From positions 1 through 37,284 of the forward strand of contig JANNMQ010000076.1 in NCBI GenBank assembly GCA_031398045.1: a DNA stretch of 37,284 bases, read 5' to 3'. The notes beneath the pieces are model-generated. The model was not told the DNA's origin. It was given only the letters and a program-made list of their open reading frames with translations, and made no database searches. Origin of the DNA: Rubrivivax sp. (lineage in GTDB: Bacteria; Pseudomonadota; Gammaproteobacteria; Burkholderiales; Burkholderiaceae_C). Positions 26,907-36,757 of this stretch are shown in pieces (position 1 is the first letter of the stretch; each line of letters opens with the position of its first letter). The position numbers and the translations under genes are program-made.

Positions 26907-29900
26907 ATGGATTCAGCCGACCTGAACAGCGCTGCCAGTCGCAGCTACGGCCAGACCACCGCGGCCGTTCGGGGCCCGCGGCTGGGCCTGCTGGCGCCTG
27001 ACGACTTGAGCGCGGTGGCCTGGGTGCAGGCTGAATTGAAACGTTCGCTGGAATCTGCCAATAAAACGCTGCGGCGCTACCTGCGCGACGCCGACACGGC
27101 GCGCCTGAGTGACCTGGACTCGGTGGAGCCCGCCGTGTTGCGCGGTGCACGTGCGCAACTGCACCAGGGTGTGGGCGCGCTGGAACTGGTGGACCTGCCC
27201 GCTGCGGCGCAGGTGCTGCGTGCGGCCGAAAGCCTGGTGCAACGCATGGCTACCAAACCCGCTGCCGCCACGCCAGCGGCGGTGGAGGCGGTGGAGCGGG
27301 TGTCGTTTGCGCTGCTCGACTACCTGGCCCGTTACCTGGCCGGCAAGCCGGTGTCGCCGGTGGCGCTGTTTCCGCAGTACCAAGCGGCCATGCTGCTGGC
27401 GGGCGCTGAACGGGTGCACCCCGCTGACCTGTGGTCCTTCGACAGCAACGCCTGGGCCGAAGGGTTGCGCCACGGTGGCGGATTTTTGCCTGACGCGGCC
27501 GACCAACCCCGGCGTGCTGACGATGCGTCGCGCAGCGACATGGAACAGCTGGTGTTGGGTCTGATGCGTGAACCCGGTCGCCAGACCTGCCTGCGCATGA
27601 GCAGACTGTGCGCCGAATTGGCCGCCGGTGCGCGGCAGCAGCCGGGTGAACACCCGCTGGCTGGCATGTGGCAAAGCGCTGCCGCGGTCTACGAAGCCCT
27701 GGCCAACGGCCTGTTGGCCAACGACGTGCACACCAAGCGGGTGGCGTCACGCCTGCTGGCACAACTGCGCGCCAGTGCACGCGGGCAGGTGGGTCTGTCT
27801 GAGCGTCTGGCGCAAGACCTCATCTTCTTTTGTGCCCACGCCAGCCCACCGCGTGCTGACCGCCCGTCACCTCGGTTGGCGGCGGTGCGCCGGGCCTGGC
27901 GGCTGGACGGTCTGCGCACCGACGCCTACGACCGCGTGCGGCTGGGTCTGCACGACCCCGCCTTGTTGGCTTCGGCCAAACGCCGTGTGGCCGCTGCCAA
28001 AGACACCTGGGCCGCGGTGGCTGGCGACGAACAGCACCGCCTGTCCAACCTGATGGAGCAGTTTGCGTTGGTGGGTGAGTCGCTGCAGAAGCTGTTCCCT
28101 TCAGGTGAAGCACTGGCCCACGCGCTCAGCCTTTCCGCGGCGCAAACCGCGGCCAGCCTGTCACCGCCGCCGCCGCCGCTGGCCATGGAAGTGGCGACGG
28201 CTTTTCTGTACGTTGACGCGGCGCTGGAAGACGGTGAGCTTGACCAGCCCGACCTGGCCGAACGGGTGTTGCAATTGGCGCAGCGGGTGGACCAGGTGCG
28301 TGCCGGGGCGGCTCAACAGCCGCTGGAAAGCTGGATGGAGGAGCTGTACCGCCGCGTCAGCGACCGCCAGACCATGGGCAGTGTGGTGCAGGAACTGCGC
28401 AGCTCGCTGTCCAATGCTGAAAAGCACATCGACCAGTACTTCAGAAATCCTGCTGACCCGACACCCCTCGTGGCGGTGCCGGGCCAGCTGGCTTCGATGC
28501 GGGGCGTGTTGTCGGTGCTGGGCCTGGACCACGCATCGCAAGCGGTGCTGCACATGCGCGACGACGTGGAGCAACTGCTGCAGACGGAAGTCGACGCCGA
28601 GCAAGCCCAGAAAGCGGGCACCTTCAACCGGCTGGCCGACAACCTGGGCGCGTTGAGTTTTTTGATCGACATGCTGTCTGTGCAGCCCCAGCTGGCCAAG
28701 GCCTTGTTCACGTTTGACGCCGACACCGGCAGCCTGAGCGCAGCCATGGGCCTGCGTGAACGGGCCTCGGCATTGGGTGAGTTGGACGCTGCGGCTGTTG
28801 TGGCCCCTGTGGCCCCTGTGGCTGCATCTTCTTTGGCCTCCGCTGTGCTGCCCTCTGTAGCCGCGGCCGCTGCGGCGGCGGCTTCTGCTGGGCCGTCACC
28901 TGCACCGCCCCCACCGGCCACGGTGGTGCCCGCAGCGCCGCGCGGCGGCGCGCTGCCTTTGCAGCCTGCCACCGCGTCCAGCAGGCTGGTTGCAGATGGC
29001 GTGCAGGTCACTGCGCAGGTTGGCAGCGACGGCAACACCGGTATCCACAGCGCCAACCTCACTACCGCCCGTGCAGGCCCCAGCGCTGCCCCGCTTGCAC
29101 CTTTGCCGTTCCCCGTCGCTGCGCCCAGCGCCGCGGCATTGCCGGCGGGCGACATCAAGTTGCAGGTGCGTCTGCAGGCGCTGGCGGCCGAGGCCGCGCA
29201 GCCCAACCTGGGTGACCATGAGCTCCTGGTCAGCATCGACTTGGTGGCCCAGCAGGCGCTGGCGGCTGACCGTGCCGACCTGGCCCGCTTGCTGGGCAGC
29301 GCACAACGCGGCCTGCGGGACAGCATAGACCCCACCACCAGCCGCGTCATCAGGACCGACCTGGTGCGTGCCCTGGCCGAAGCCACCACGCCGGCGCCCG
29401 TGCCTTTGCCAGCCGAACGCCCCGTGCCGGCCCCGCGCCCCACACCCGAGGGCGGCACGGGCCTGGAAGATGACGCCGAGATGCGCGCCATCTTCATGGA
29501 AGAGGCCCGCGACGTCACCGAACAGGCCCTGCAGGCCCTGCAGCGCGCCCAGCAAGCCGGGGGCGAAGCCGCTGGCGACATGACCACCATCCGCCGTGCC
29601 TTCCACACGCTGAAAGGCAGCGCGCGCATGGTCGGCTTGCGCGAATTCGGCGATGCGGCCTGGGCCTGTGAGCAGCTTTACAACGTGCGGCTGGCGCAAA
29701 CCACCGTACCCGACGAGCCGCTGGTGCAGTTCACCACCGATGCACTGGCTTACCTGCGCAACTGGACCGACGCCATCGAAACCGGTCTACCCAGCGGCCA
29801 CCATGCTCAGGCCGTGGTGCAGGTCGCCGATGCCTTGTGGCACCAGGGCCGCTTGCAGCGCATTGCGCCTGCAGCGTTGGCGCCTCAGGCGCATGCTGCG

Positions 29901-32900
29901 GTGCCGTCTGCACCCGCATCTGCACCCGCATCTGTACCCGTATCTGCACCTGTACTTGCACCTGTACCTGCACCCGTACTTGCACCCGTAGGCGCATCCG
30001 TAGCGGCGCCGGCAACGCTCGTCGACCGTGTCAGCAATCTGCCCAGCGCCGCCGACCTGGATCTGACGCTGCCCGCAGTCGCTTCGCCTGTGGAAGCCCA
30101 AACAACCCGTGCCCAGCCGGCTGCACCGGCGCCTCCCGTGCCTTCAATGCCCGAGGTGGAACTTGACTTCGACCTCGGCCTTGATGCTCCGAATGCAGGC
30201 GTGGCCACGCCTGATGGATTGCCGGCAAACCAGGGCGCGCCGACCATTCCGGTGTTTGCAGTCGGCACAGCACCCGCTGCGGAGCGCACAGATCGACCAC
30301 CGCTGTCTGAACCTGTGCAGCTGGTTGATTTTGAGTTTGACCTTGCTGGTGCTTATGCCGAACCACTGCCGCCGCCCCAGCCCAGGTTGCCGCTGATAAC
30401 GGAACTGCCCGCTGCCGACGTGTTGGAACTCGACTTCGCCGACTTTCCAGAGTTCTTGGCGGTTGCTGCCCAGCCTGCTGGGCCCGCAGGGGCTGAGGCC
30501 TTCGAAACGCAGGCCCCCGCGTTGCCTGTGGCTGAAGCACCGGCGCCACCTGCTCAACCCGAACAGCGCGCACCCGTGTCTGATGAGCTTCCCCCGCTGC
30601 CCGGCTTTGAATCGGCGGTAAAGGCACCTCAAGAAGCACCGCCGGCTGCTGCGCCGGTGCAACACCCCGTTGCCTCCGCGCCCGCGCGCCTGTCGCTGGT
30701 GCCGCCCACGCCGGCTCCCCCGTCCCTGGCAGCTGTTGACGAAGACGAAAACTACAAACGCATCGGTCCGCTGCGCATCAGCATCCCGCTCTTCAACATC
30801 TTCCTGAACGAGGCCGATGAGCTGTCTCGCCGCCTCGTCAATGAACTGGCTGAATGGGCGTTGGAAAGTGACAGCCGCCCGGTGCCCGAGGTTTCCATTG
30901 CGCTGGCCCATGGGCTGGCTGGCAGTGCGGGCACGGTGGGTTGCGCCGACCTGTCCGCGTTGGCGCGTGCGCTTGAACATGCACTGATGCGGTCCAGCGC
31001 CGTTGGCTCGGGTCGACCCGGCGAAGGCGATTTGTTCAGCGACACGGCCGAGGAAATCCGGCGCCTGTTGCACCAGTTTGCCGCCGGCTTCCTGCGCGAC
31101 GTGCCCGTGGCTTTGCGCGAGCGACTGTCTGAACATGAACGCCTGCCTGCGCAGGCGCGCGCCACCGAATCTGGTGCGCTGGGCGCAGAACACGAAGACC
31201 GGGCAGCGGCCGCCCGGCCTGAAAGAGCGGCGCCCTCGATGCCTGCAGCGCAGGGGGCGATAACGCCGGCGGTGGTGGAGCCCGCCGTGCCTCATGCCGA
31301 CCTGCGCGCAGCGACCGCTACCCCAGCTGCGCCGTCCTTGCCGCTGGTGCCCACGGGCGCACGCAAAGACGCCTTTGACGACGACCAGGACATCGATGTC
31401 GTTGACAGCGTCGACATTGAGCTTTTCCCCATCTTTGACGAAGAGGCCGAAGAACTGCTGCCACAGCTGCAGGCACGCCTGCGCGACTGGATGCACCAGC
31501 CTTCCCAAGAAGGCCCGCCAGCGGCCTGCATGCGCACGTTGCACACGTTCAAGGGCGGCGCCCGCCTGGCCGGTGCCATGCGCCTGGGTGAAATGGCGCA
31601 CCGGCTGGAGACGGCCATTGAGCACCTGGCCTCCAGCGAAAGCGCACGTGCGGCTGACGTACTGCCTTTGCTGGGTCGCGCTGACGCCATGGTCTCGGCA
31701 CTTGAAGCCCTGCGCCGGCAGGGCCAGGTGCAGGCCCAAGAGGCCAAGACCGCAGCAGCGCTGGCACAGGCGGCGGCTGTCAGTGCCGCGGCGGCAGCCA
31801 GCAGTTATGGCTTGCAAACACCGCCAGCGGGCGCGGCGGCGCCAGTACCGCCTGAAGCAGTCCGCGCGATGGAGCCCGCTGCTGCGCAGGTGGCTGATGC
31901 GGCCCCTGCGCTGGCCGAACCCGACACGGCCGCCGAAGAGGCTGCAGCCGCCAACGCACAAGCAGCGGTGGCAGGCCCGGCAGCCCTTGCAGAGCCAATC
32001 ACAAGCTCCTTCAGCACCGTGGCCGGGGTGGCTGCGGTCGCTGGGCAGGCTGTTGCGGTCGACGCCGGAGCAGCCTACGCCAACGCAGCCAGCCCCGCTG
32101 CAACCACCGCGCCGACAGCGCAGCGCCTGGACTGGAGCCGCTTTGAACGCGGCGGTGCTGCAGCACCCGCCGGAGAAGAGCGCGTGGCCACGGGCCCGGC
32201 CGGCGTGCGTGTGCGCGCAGCCTTGCTGGACCGCTTGCTGAACCAAGCCGGCGAAGTAACCATTGCACGTTCGCGCATCGATGCTGACGTCAAACAGCTG
32301 CAGTCCGGTTTGGGCGAACTGGGCGAAAGCCTGGACCGCATGCGTCACCAGCTGCGCGACATTGAGGTGCAGGCAGAAACGCAGATCAGCTCGCGCCTGG
32401 AAGCGGCCAAAGCGGCGGCTCAGGCCTTCGATCCGCTGGAGATGGACCGCTTCACGCGGCTGCAAGAACTGACGCGTTTCATGGCTGAATCGGTGAACGA
32501 CGTGGCCACGCTGCAGCGCGGGCTGCAGCGCACACTGCAGTCAGCTGAAGACCAGCTGGCCGCGCAGTCGCGCCTGACCCGCGACCTGCAAGACGACCTG
32601 CTGCGCACACGCATGGTGGAATTTGAAAGCGCATCCGACCGTCTGTACCGCACCGTGCGCCAGGCCGCCAAAGAAGCGGGCAAGCAGGTACGGCTGGACA
32701 TCGTGGGCGGCGCCATCGAACTGGACCGCGGTGTGCTGGAACGTATGATCGGCCCCTTCGAACACCTGCTGCGCAACTGCGTGGCGCATGGGGTTGAATC
32801 CGAGACCGAACGCGTGGCCGCCGGCAAGCCCGGGGTGGGGCAGGTCACCATCGCCGTCGCCCAGTCGGGCAACGAAGTGGCGGTGGACATTGCCGACGAC

Positions 32901-34046
32901 GGTGCCGGCCTGGACCTGCAGCGCATCCGGCAGCGTGCCATCGAAAGGCGACTGCTGCCCGAGGGCGCAGCACCCAGCGAAGCCGAACTGTCGCAGCTGA
33001 TTTTCAAACCCGGCTTCACCACCGCCGACGCGGTGACCGAACTGGCCGGTCGCGGAGTGGGATTGGACGTGGTGCGCGCCGAGGTCACCGCGATGGGCGG
33101 GCGCATCGAAACCCAAACTGCAGCCGGCCAGGGCACGCGCTTCAAGCTGCTGCTGCCGCTGACCACCGCCGTCACGCAGGTGGTGATGCTGCGTTGTGGC
33201 GACCTGGTGGTGGCCGTGCCCAGTACCCTGATTGAAAGCATACGCCGCGTGCCAGGTGCAGAGGTGGAGGCTGCCTATGCCAGTGGCAAGCTGGATATGG
33301 ACGGCGAGGCGCTGCCGTTTTATTGGCTGGCTGCGCTGCTGCAGGCCGCGGCGCGGGGCGGCACTGCTGAAGGGCGCACGCAGGCCGTGGCAGTGGTGCG
33401 CAGCGCAGCGCAGCGGGTGGCGGTGCATATCGACGAGGTGGTGGGCAACCAGGAAGTGGTGGTCAAGAACGTGGGCCCGCAACTCGCCCGGGTGCCTGGG
33501 CTTGCCGGCGTCACTTTGTTGCCCTCGGGAGCCGTGGCCCTGATCTACAACCCGGTGGCCTTGTCGGCCGTGTACGGTGAACATCTTCGAAGCGTGCAGT
33601 CTTTCGGCGGCGCGCAGGCCGCCGAAGGGCTTTCTGCAGCCGCGGCACCTCGTTTGCAACCCCTGGTGATGGTGGTGGACGACTCCTTGACCGTGCGCCG
33701 TGCGACCGAGCGGCTGCTGGTGCGTGAGGGTTACCGGGTGGTGACTGCCAAAGACGGCATGGAAGCCCTGGAACTGCTGGCCGGCGAAAGACCGGTGGCC
33801 CTGTTGTCCGACATCGAAATGCCGCGCATGGACGGCTTTGACCTGCTGCGTAACGTGCGTGCTGACGCGCGGCTGGCCGATTTGCCGGTGGTGATGATCA
33901 CCTCGCGCATTGCCCATAAACACCGCGAACATGCGTCTGAACTGGGCGCCGACCATTATTTGGGCAAACCGTACGGCGAAGACGAGTTGTTGCGCTTCGT
34001 GGCACGCTACGCTGGCGGTGCAGTGCGTGCGGGCGTGGCGGTCTAG
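26907..34046 (+). CDS. chpA: ChpA/PilL hybrid CheA-type histidine kinase (multiple Hpt, HATPase, CheW, receiver)
   Basis: Hpt motifs FHTLKGS, AHGLAGS and LHTFKGG; HLLRNCVAHG, DDGAG and GRGVGLDVV; a CheW domain; C-terminal receiver VVDDS...LSDIEMP. 2379 aa. Confidence 0.93.
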   Translation: MDSADLNSAASRSYGQTTAAVRGPRLGLLAPDDLSAVAWVQAELKRSLESANKTLRRYLRDADTARLSDLDSVEPAVLRGARAQLHQGVGALELVDLPAAAQVLRAAESLVQRMATKPAAATPAAVEAVERVSFALLDYLARYLAGKPVSPVALFPQYQAAMLLAGAERVHPADLWSFDSNAWAEGLRHGGGFLPDAADQPRRADDASRSDMEQLVLGLMREPGRQTCLRMSRLCAELAAGARQQPGEHPLAGMWQSAAAVYEALANGLLANDVHTKRVASRLLAQLRASARGQVGLSERLAQDLIFFCAHASPPRADRPSPRLAAVRRAWRLDGLRTDAYDRVRLGLHDPALLASAKRRVAAAKDTWAAVAGDEQHRLSNLMEQFALVGESLQKLFPSGEALAHALSLSAAQTAASLSPPPPPLAMEVATAFLYVDAALEDGELDQPDLAERVLQLAQRVDQVRAGAAQQPLESWMEELYRRVSDRQTMGSVVQELRSSLSNAEKHIDQYFRNPADPTPLVAVPGQLASMRGVLSVLGLDHASQAVLHMRDDVEQLLQTEVDAEQAQKAGTFNRLADNLGALSFLIDMLSVQPQLAKALFTFDADTGSLSAAMGLRERASALGELDAAAVVAPVAPVAASSLASAVLPSVAAAAAAAASAGPSPAPPPPATVVPAAPRGGALPLQPATASSRLVADGVQVTAQVGSDGNTGIHSANLTTARAGPSAAPLAPLPFPVAAPSAAALPAGDIKLQVRLQALAAEAAQPNLGDHELLVSIDLVAQQALAADRADLARLLGSAQRGLRDSIDPTTSRVIRTDLVRALAEATTPAPVPLPAERPVPAPRPTPEGGTGLEDDAEMRAIFMEEARDVTEQALQALQRAQQAGGEAAGDMTTIRRAFHTLKGSARMVGLREFGDAAWACEQLYNVRLAQTTVPDEPLVQFTTDALAYLRNWTDAIETGLPSGHHAQAVVQVADALWHQGRLQRIAPAALAPQAHAAVPSAPASAPASVPVSAPVLAPVPAPVLAPVGASVAAPATLVDRVSNLPSAADLDLTLPAVASPVEAQTTRAQPAAPAPPVPSMPEVELDFDLGLDAPNAGVATPDGLPANQGAPTIPVFAVGTAPAAERTDRPPLSEPVQLVDFEFDLAGAYAEPLPPPQPRLPLITELPAADVLELDFADFPEFLAVAAQPAGPAGAEAFETQAPALPVAEAPAPPAQPEQRAPVSDELPPLPGFESAVKAPQEAPPAAAPVQHPVASAPARLSLVPPTPAPPSLAAVDEDENYKRIGPLRISIPLFNIFLNEADELSRRLVNELAEWALESDSRPVPEVSIALAHGLAGSAGTVGCADLSALARALEHALMRSSAVGSGRPGEGDLFSDTAEEIRRLLHQFAAGFLRDVPVALRERLSEHERLPAQARATESGALGAEHEDRAAAARPERAAPSMPAAQGAITPAVVEPAVPHADLRAATATPAAPSLPLVPTGARKDAFDDDQDIDVVDSVDIELFPIFDEEAEELLPQLQARLRDWMHQPSQEGPPAACMRTLHTFKGGARLAGAMRLGEMAHRLETAIEHLASSESARAADVLPLLGRADAMVSALEALRRQGQVQAQEAKTAAALAQAAAVSAAAAASSYGLQTPPAGAAAPVPPEAVRAMEPAAAQVADAAPALAEPDTAAEEAAAANAQAAVAGPAALAEPITSSFSTVAGVAAVAGQAVAVDAGAAYANAASPAATTAPTAQRLDWSRFERGGAAAPAGEERVATGPAGVRVRAALLDRLLNQAGEVTIARSRIDADVKQLQSGLGELGESLDRMRHQLRDIEVQAETQISSRLEAAKAAAQAFDPLEMDRFTRLQELTRFMAESVNDVATLQRGLQRTLQSAEDQLAAQSRLTRDLQDDLLRTRMVEFESASDRLYRTVRQAAKEAGKQVRLDIVGGAIELDRGVLERMIGPFEHLLRNCVAHGVESETERVAAGKPGVGQVTIAVAQSGNEVAVDIADDGAGLDLQRIRQRAIERRLLPEGAAPSEAELSQLIFKPGFTTADAVTELAGRGVGLDVVRAEVTAMGGRIETQTAAGQGTRFKLLLPLTTAVTQVVMLRCGDLVVAVPSTLIESIRRVPGAEVEAAYASGKLDMDGEALPFYWLAALLQAAARGGTAEGRTQAVAVVRSAAQRVAVHIDEVVGNQEVVVKNVGPQLARVPGLAGVTLLPSGAVALIYNPVALSAVYGEHLRSVQSFGGAQAAEGLSAAAAPRLQPLVMVVDDSLTVRRATERLLVREGYRVVTAKDGMEALELLAGERPVALLSDIEMPRMDGFDLLRNVRADARLADLPVVMITSRIAHKHREHASELGADHYLGKPYGEDELLRFVARYAGGAVRAGVAV
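29907..29990 (+). repeat. In-frame 12-bp tandem repeat, 7 copies, inside chpA (SAPA SAPA SVPV SAPV LAPV PAPV LAPV)
   Basis: Consensus YYTGCACCYGYA, starting at 29907 with a 12-nt period. Confidence 0.92.
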
Positions 34047-34219
34047 GTTGCTAAAAACTTCGGCCACAATGCGGGTTCCTCCAGGGGCCCACAAGAGCCG
34101 GGCTGGGTACTGCAACCGTTGTTACTTCCTGCCACCACCCGCCGCTCAAGGGGGCTGGGTTGAAGTGACGGTCCCCGCGCAGTGCCCTTACGCACCGTCC
34201 AACCTTTAGCAGGGTATCC

Positions 34220-35260
34220 ATGTCAGGCGTTGTTGAACACCTGGCCACACTGACCGGCTCGCGCGATCGTGAGGTGCTTGATGTCACCTTGGTCAGTGCG
34301 TTCAGGGATTTGTTGCGCCCCCGCCTTGTTGCCATCTACCGATGTGTGGGCGAAGCAGACCGTCAGCGTTGGCTGACGCGGGCCCACCTGTTGCTCGGTG
34401 ACGCGGCGGCCACGGCCGACCCCCTGGGGGCAGACCCTGAAGGCTTGCCGCTGCTGCACACGGCGCCCGACCGGCTGGCTTGCATGACACGCAATGAGCC
34501 GGTATCGGTGGCGCCCCAGCACGCCGCGCCCGCGCGCACCTACCTGCCGCTGGACGCTGAACACGAAGCCGTGGGCGTGCTGGAAATCCACACCGACGCG
34601 GTGCTGGATGAAGCATCGCTGCGCCTGGTGAGTGCTGTGCTGCGGGTGTACCGCAACTTTCAGGGTTTGCTGGACTACAGCGAACGCGACACGCTCACCG
34701 GCCTGCTGAATCGCAAAACCTTCGACGACTGTTTCTTGCGCTTGGCCGCGCAAGTGTCGGCGGCTGAAAAGGTGGTGGCGCTGGCCGAAGACAGACGCAG
34801 CATGGCTGCCACTTCGGTCTGGCTGGGGGTGGTGGATATCGACCTTTTCAAACGGGTCAACGATGTCCACGGACACCTGATAGGCGACGAAGTGCTGTTG
34901 CTGCTGGGCCGCTTGTTGCGCAGCAGCTTTCGCTACTACGACCATCTATTCCGGTTTGGCGGCGAAGAGTTTGTGGTGTTGATGCGCTGCGGCGGCGCGG
35001 CCGACGCCCTGGGTGCCTTTGAGCGCTTGCGCCGCAACGTCGAGCGTTATGTTTTTCCCAAGGTGGGCCACATCACGGTCAGTGTGGGCGTGGCCAAGCT
35101 GCGTGGTGGCGACACGCCCACCTCATGTTTTGAACGTTCAGACAAGGCGCTGTACTTCGCCAAGCAGCAAGGCCGCAATCAGCTGCATGACTTTGCGGCA
35201 TTGGTGGCACAGGGCCACCTAAAAGAAGAGGCGCGCGACAGCGACGTGGAGTTGTTTTAG
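34220..35260 (+). CDS. Diguanylate cyclase (GGDEF) with an uncharacterised, possibly GAF-like N-terminal domain
   Basis: DTLTGLLNR, DIDLFKRVNDVHGHLIGD, RFGGEEF active site, and an RYYD I-site 5 residues upstream. Confidence 0.92.
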   Translation: MSGVVEHLATLTGSRDREVLDVTLVSAFRDLLRPRLVAIYRCVGEADRQRWLTRAHLLLGDAAATADPLGADPEGLPLLHTAPDRLACMTRNEPVSVAPQHAAPARTYLPLDAEHEAVGVLEIHTDAVLDEASLRLVSAVLRVYRNFQGLLDYSERDTLTGLLNRKTFDDCFLRLAAQVSAAEKVVALAEDRRSMAATSVWLGVVDIDLFKRVNDVHGHLIGDEVLLLLGRLLRSSFRYYDHLFRFGGEEFVVLMRCGGAADALGAFERLRRNVERYVFPKVGHITVSVGVAKLRGGDTPTSCFERSDKALYFAKQQGRNQLHDFAALVAQGHLKEEARDSDVELF

Positions 35261-35298
35261 CGGCTGGCTTTGAAAGGGGTTTGGTGGCCGGCCTGCAT

Positions 35299-35342
35299 GC
35301 CCTGCTTTTAGCCCTGCTTCGAGCCCTGCTTTGAGCCCGGCT
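35299..35342. repeat. 12-bp tandem repeat, about 3.7 copies, consensus GCCCTGCTTTGA
   Basis: Units at 35299, 35311, 35323 and a partial one at 35335. Confidence 0.9.
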
Positions 35343-35416
35343 GTGGGCACGGGGTGCTGTGCAGGCGCTGCAAGCAGGCCATACTCGTGACTTGTCCGTA
35401 CCGTGTCATTCATCGC

Positions 35417-36685
35417 ATGACCATTCGATTTGTGGCCCGCCGCGGCCTTCGGCGTCTTTTTGCACCAGCGTTGTGGGCTGCAGGCCTGGGCTTGGTGGGC
35501 GCCCCCGCCACAGCTGCCGAACAGGCTGCTTCAGCGGTGGTTGGGGCCAAGGCCCAGACCACGCAGGCTACCCCAGCCACTCCAGCGGCCCCGACCAGCG
35601 CCCGCCCCGCCCTGAGCGTCACGCTCACGCAAGCCCAGCGCGCCAGCATCGCGCAGTCGGTGCAGGCAGGCGGCACCATCCACCCCTGGCAAGAAGCGGT
35701 GGTGGGGGCTGAAAGCAACGCTTGGCGGCTGGCCGAGGTGTGGGTCAACGTGGGCGACGTGGTGAAGCGCGGCCAGCTGCTGGCCAGTTTTGCCACCGAG
35801 TTGCCGCGTGCCGAACTGGCGCAGTCCGAAGCGCTGGTGGCTGAAAGTGAAGCCACGCTGGCCGAAGCCAGCGCCAATGCACAGCGCGCGCGCGACCTGC
35901 AGCCCACGGGTGTCTTGTCGGCGCAGGCTATCAATCAGCTGCTGACCCAGGAACGCACTGCGCAGGCGCGCTTGCAGGCGCAGCAGGCGATGTTGAAAGT
36001 GCAGCAGCTCAGGCTGGCGCAAGCGCGTGTGCTGGCGCCTGACGACGGCGTGATTTCGGCCCGCAGCGCCACTGTGGGTGCGGTGGTGCCGGCGGGGGCC
36101 GAGCTGTTCAGGCTGATTCGCAAGGGCCGGCTGGAATGGCGTGCCGAGGTGACCGCCACCGACCTGGGACGCATCGCCGTGGGCCAACAGGTGCAGGTGC
36201 AACCGGTGGGGGGCACGGCGCTGGTAGGCCGGGTGCGCATGGTGGCGCCGACGCTGGACGCCCAAAGCCGCAACGGCCTGGTGTACGTGGATGTGCAAGG
36301 TGCTGCGCCTGCCAATTTGCTGGCGGCCACTGGTTCGGGCCCCACTGCGGGGGCGGCCGTGGTGGCTTCTGAAAACAGTGGTGTGACCAAGGCCGGCATG
36401 TATGCCCGCGGCGAATTTCTGCTCGGCAGCACGGCTGCGCTGACCTTGCCGCAAAGTGCCGTGCTGTTGCGCGACGGCTTCAGCTACGTCTTTGTGCTGG
36501 GCCCGGGCGAACGTGTGGCGCAGACCAAAGTGCAGGTGGGCCGACGTGTGGGCGACCGCATTGAAGTCATCAGCGGCCTCGACGCCGCCGCCCGCGTGGT
36601 GGCCAGCGGCGGTGGGTTTCTGGCTGATGGCGACACGGTGCGGGTGGTGGCCGCCCAGCCCGGCCCGGCCGCTGCGGTGCGCTGA
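35417..36685 (+). CDS. RND efflux periplasmic adaptor (membrane fusion protein)
   Basis: Signal/anchor region, lipoyl motifs VNVGDVVKRGQLL and APDDGVI, coiled-coil hairpin, beta-barrel. Start uncertain (ATG 35417). Confidence 0.9.
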   Translation: MTIRFVARRGLRRLFAPALWAAGLGLVGAPATAAEQAASAVVGAKAQTTQATPATPAAPTSARPALSVTLTQAQRASIAQSVQAGGTIHPWQEAVVGAESNAWRLAEVWVNVGDVVKRGQLLASFATELPRAELAQSEALVAESEATLAEASANAQRARDLQPTGVLSAQAINQLLTQERTAQARLQAQQAMLKVQQLRLAQARVLAPDDGVISARSATVGAVVPAGAELFRLIRKGRLEWRAEVTATDLGRIAVGQQVQVQPVGGTALVGRVRMVAPTLDAQSRNGLVYVDVQGAAPANLLAATGSGPTAGAAVVASENSGVTKAGMYARGEFLLGSTAALTLPQSAVLLRDGFSYVFVLGPGERVAQTKVQVGRRVGDRIEVISGLDAAARVVASGGGFLADGDTVRVVAAQPGPAAAVR

Positions 36686-36757
36686 CGTGTCGCCGCACCA
36701 CCCGGCCCGACGGCCAGCGCCCCTGCCCCGCACCAACCTGAACCGAGCCGCCCACGC

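Noticed and set aside
34047-34219. c-di-GMP riboswitch upstream of the DGC
   Set aside because: I could not find the class I or class II consensus elements by eye.
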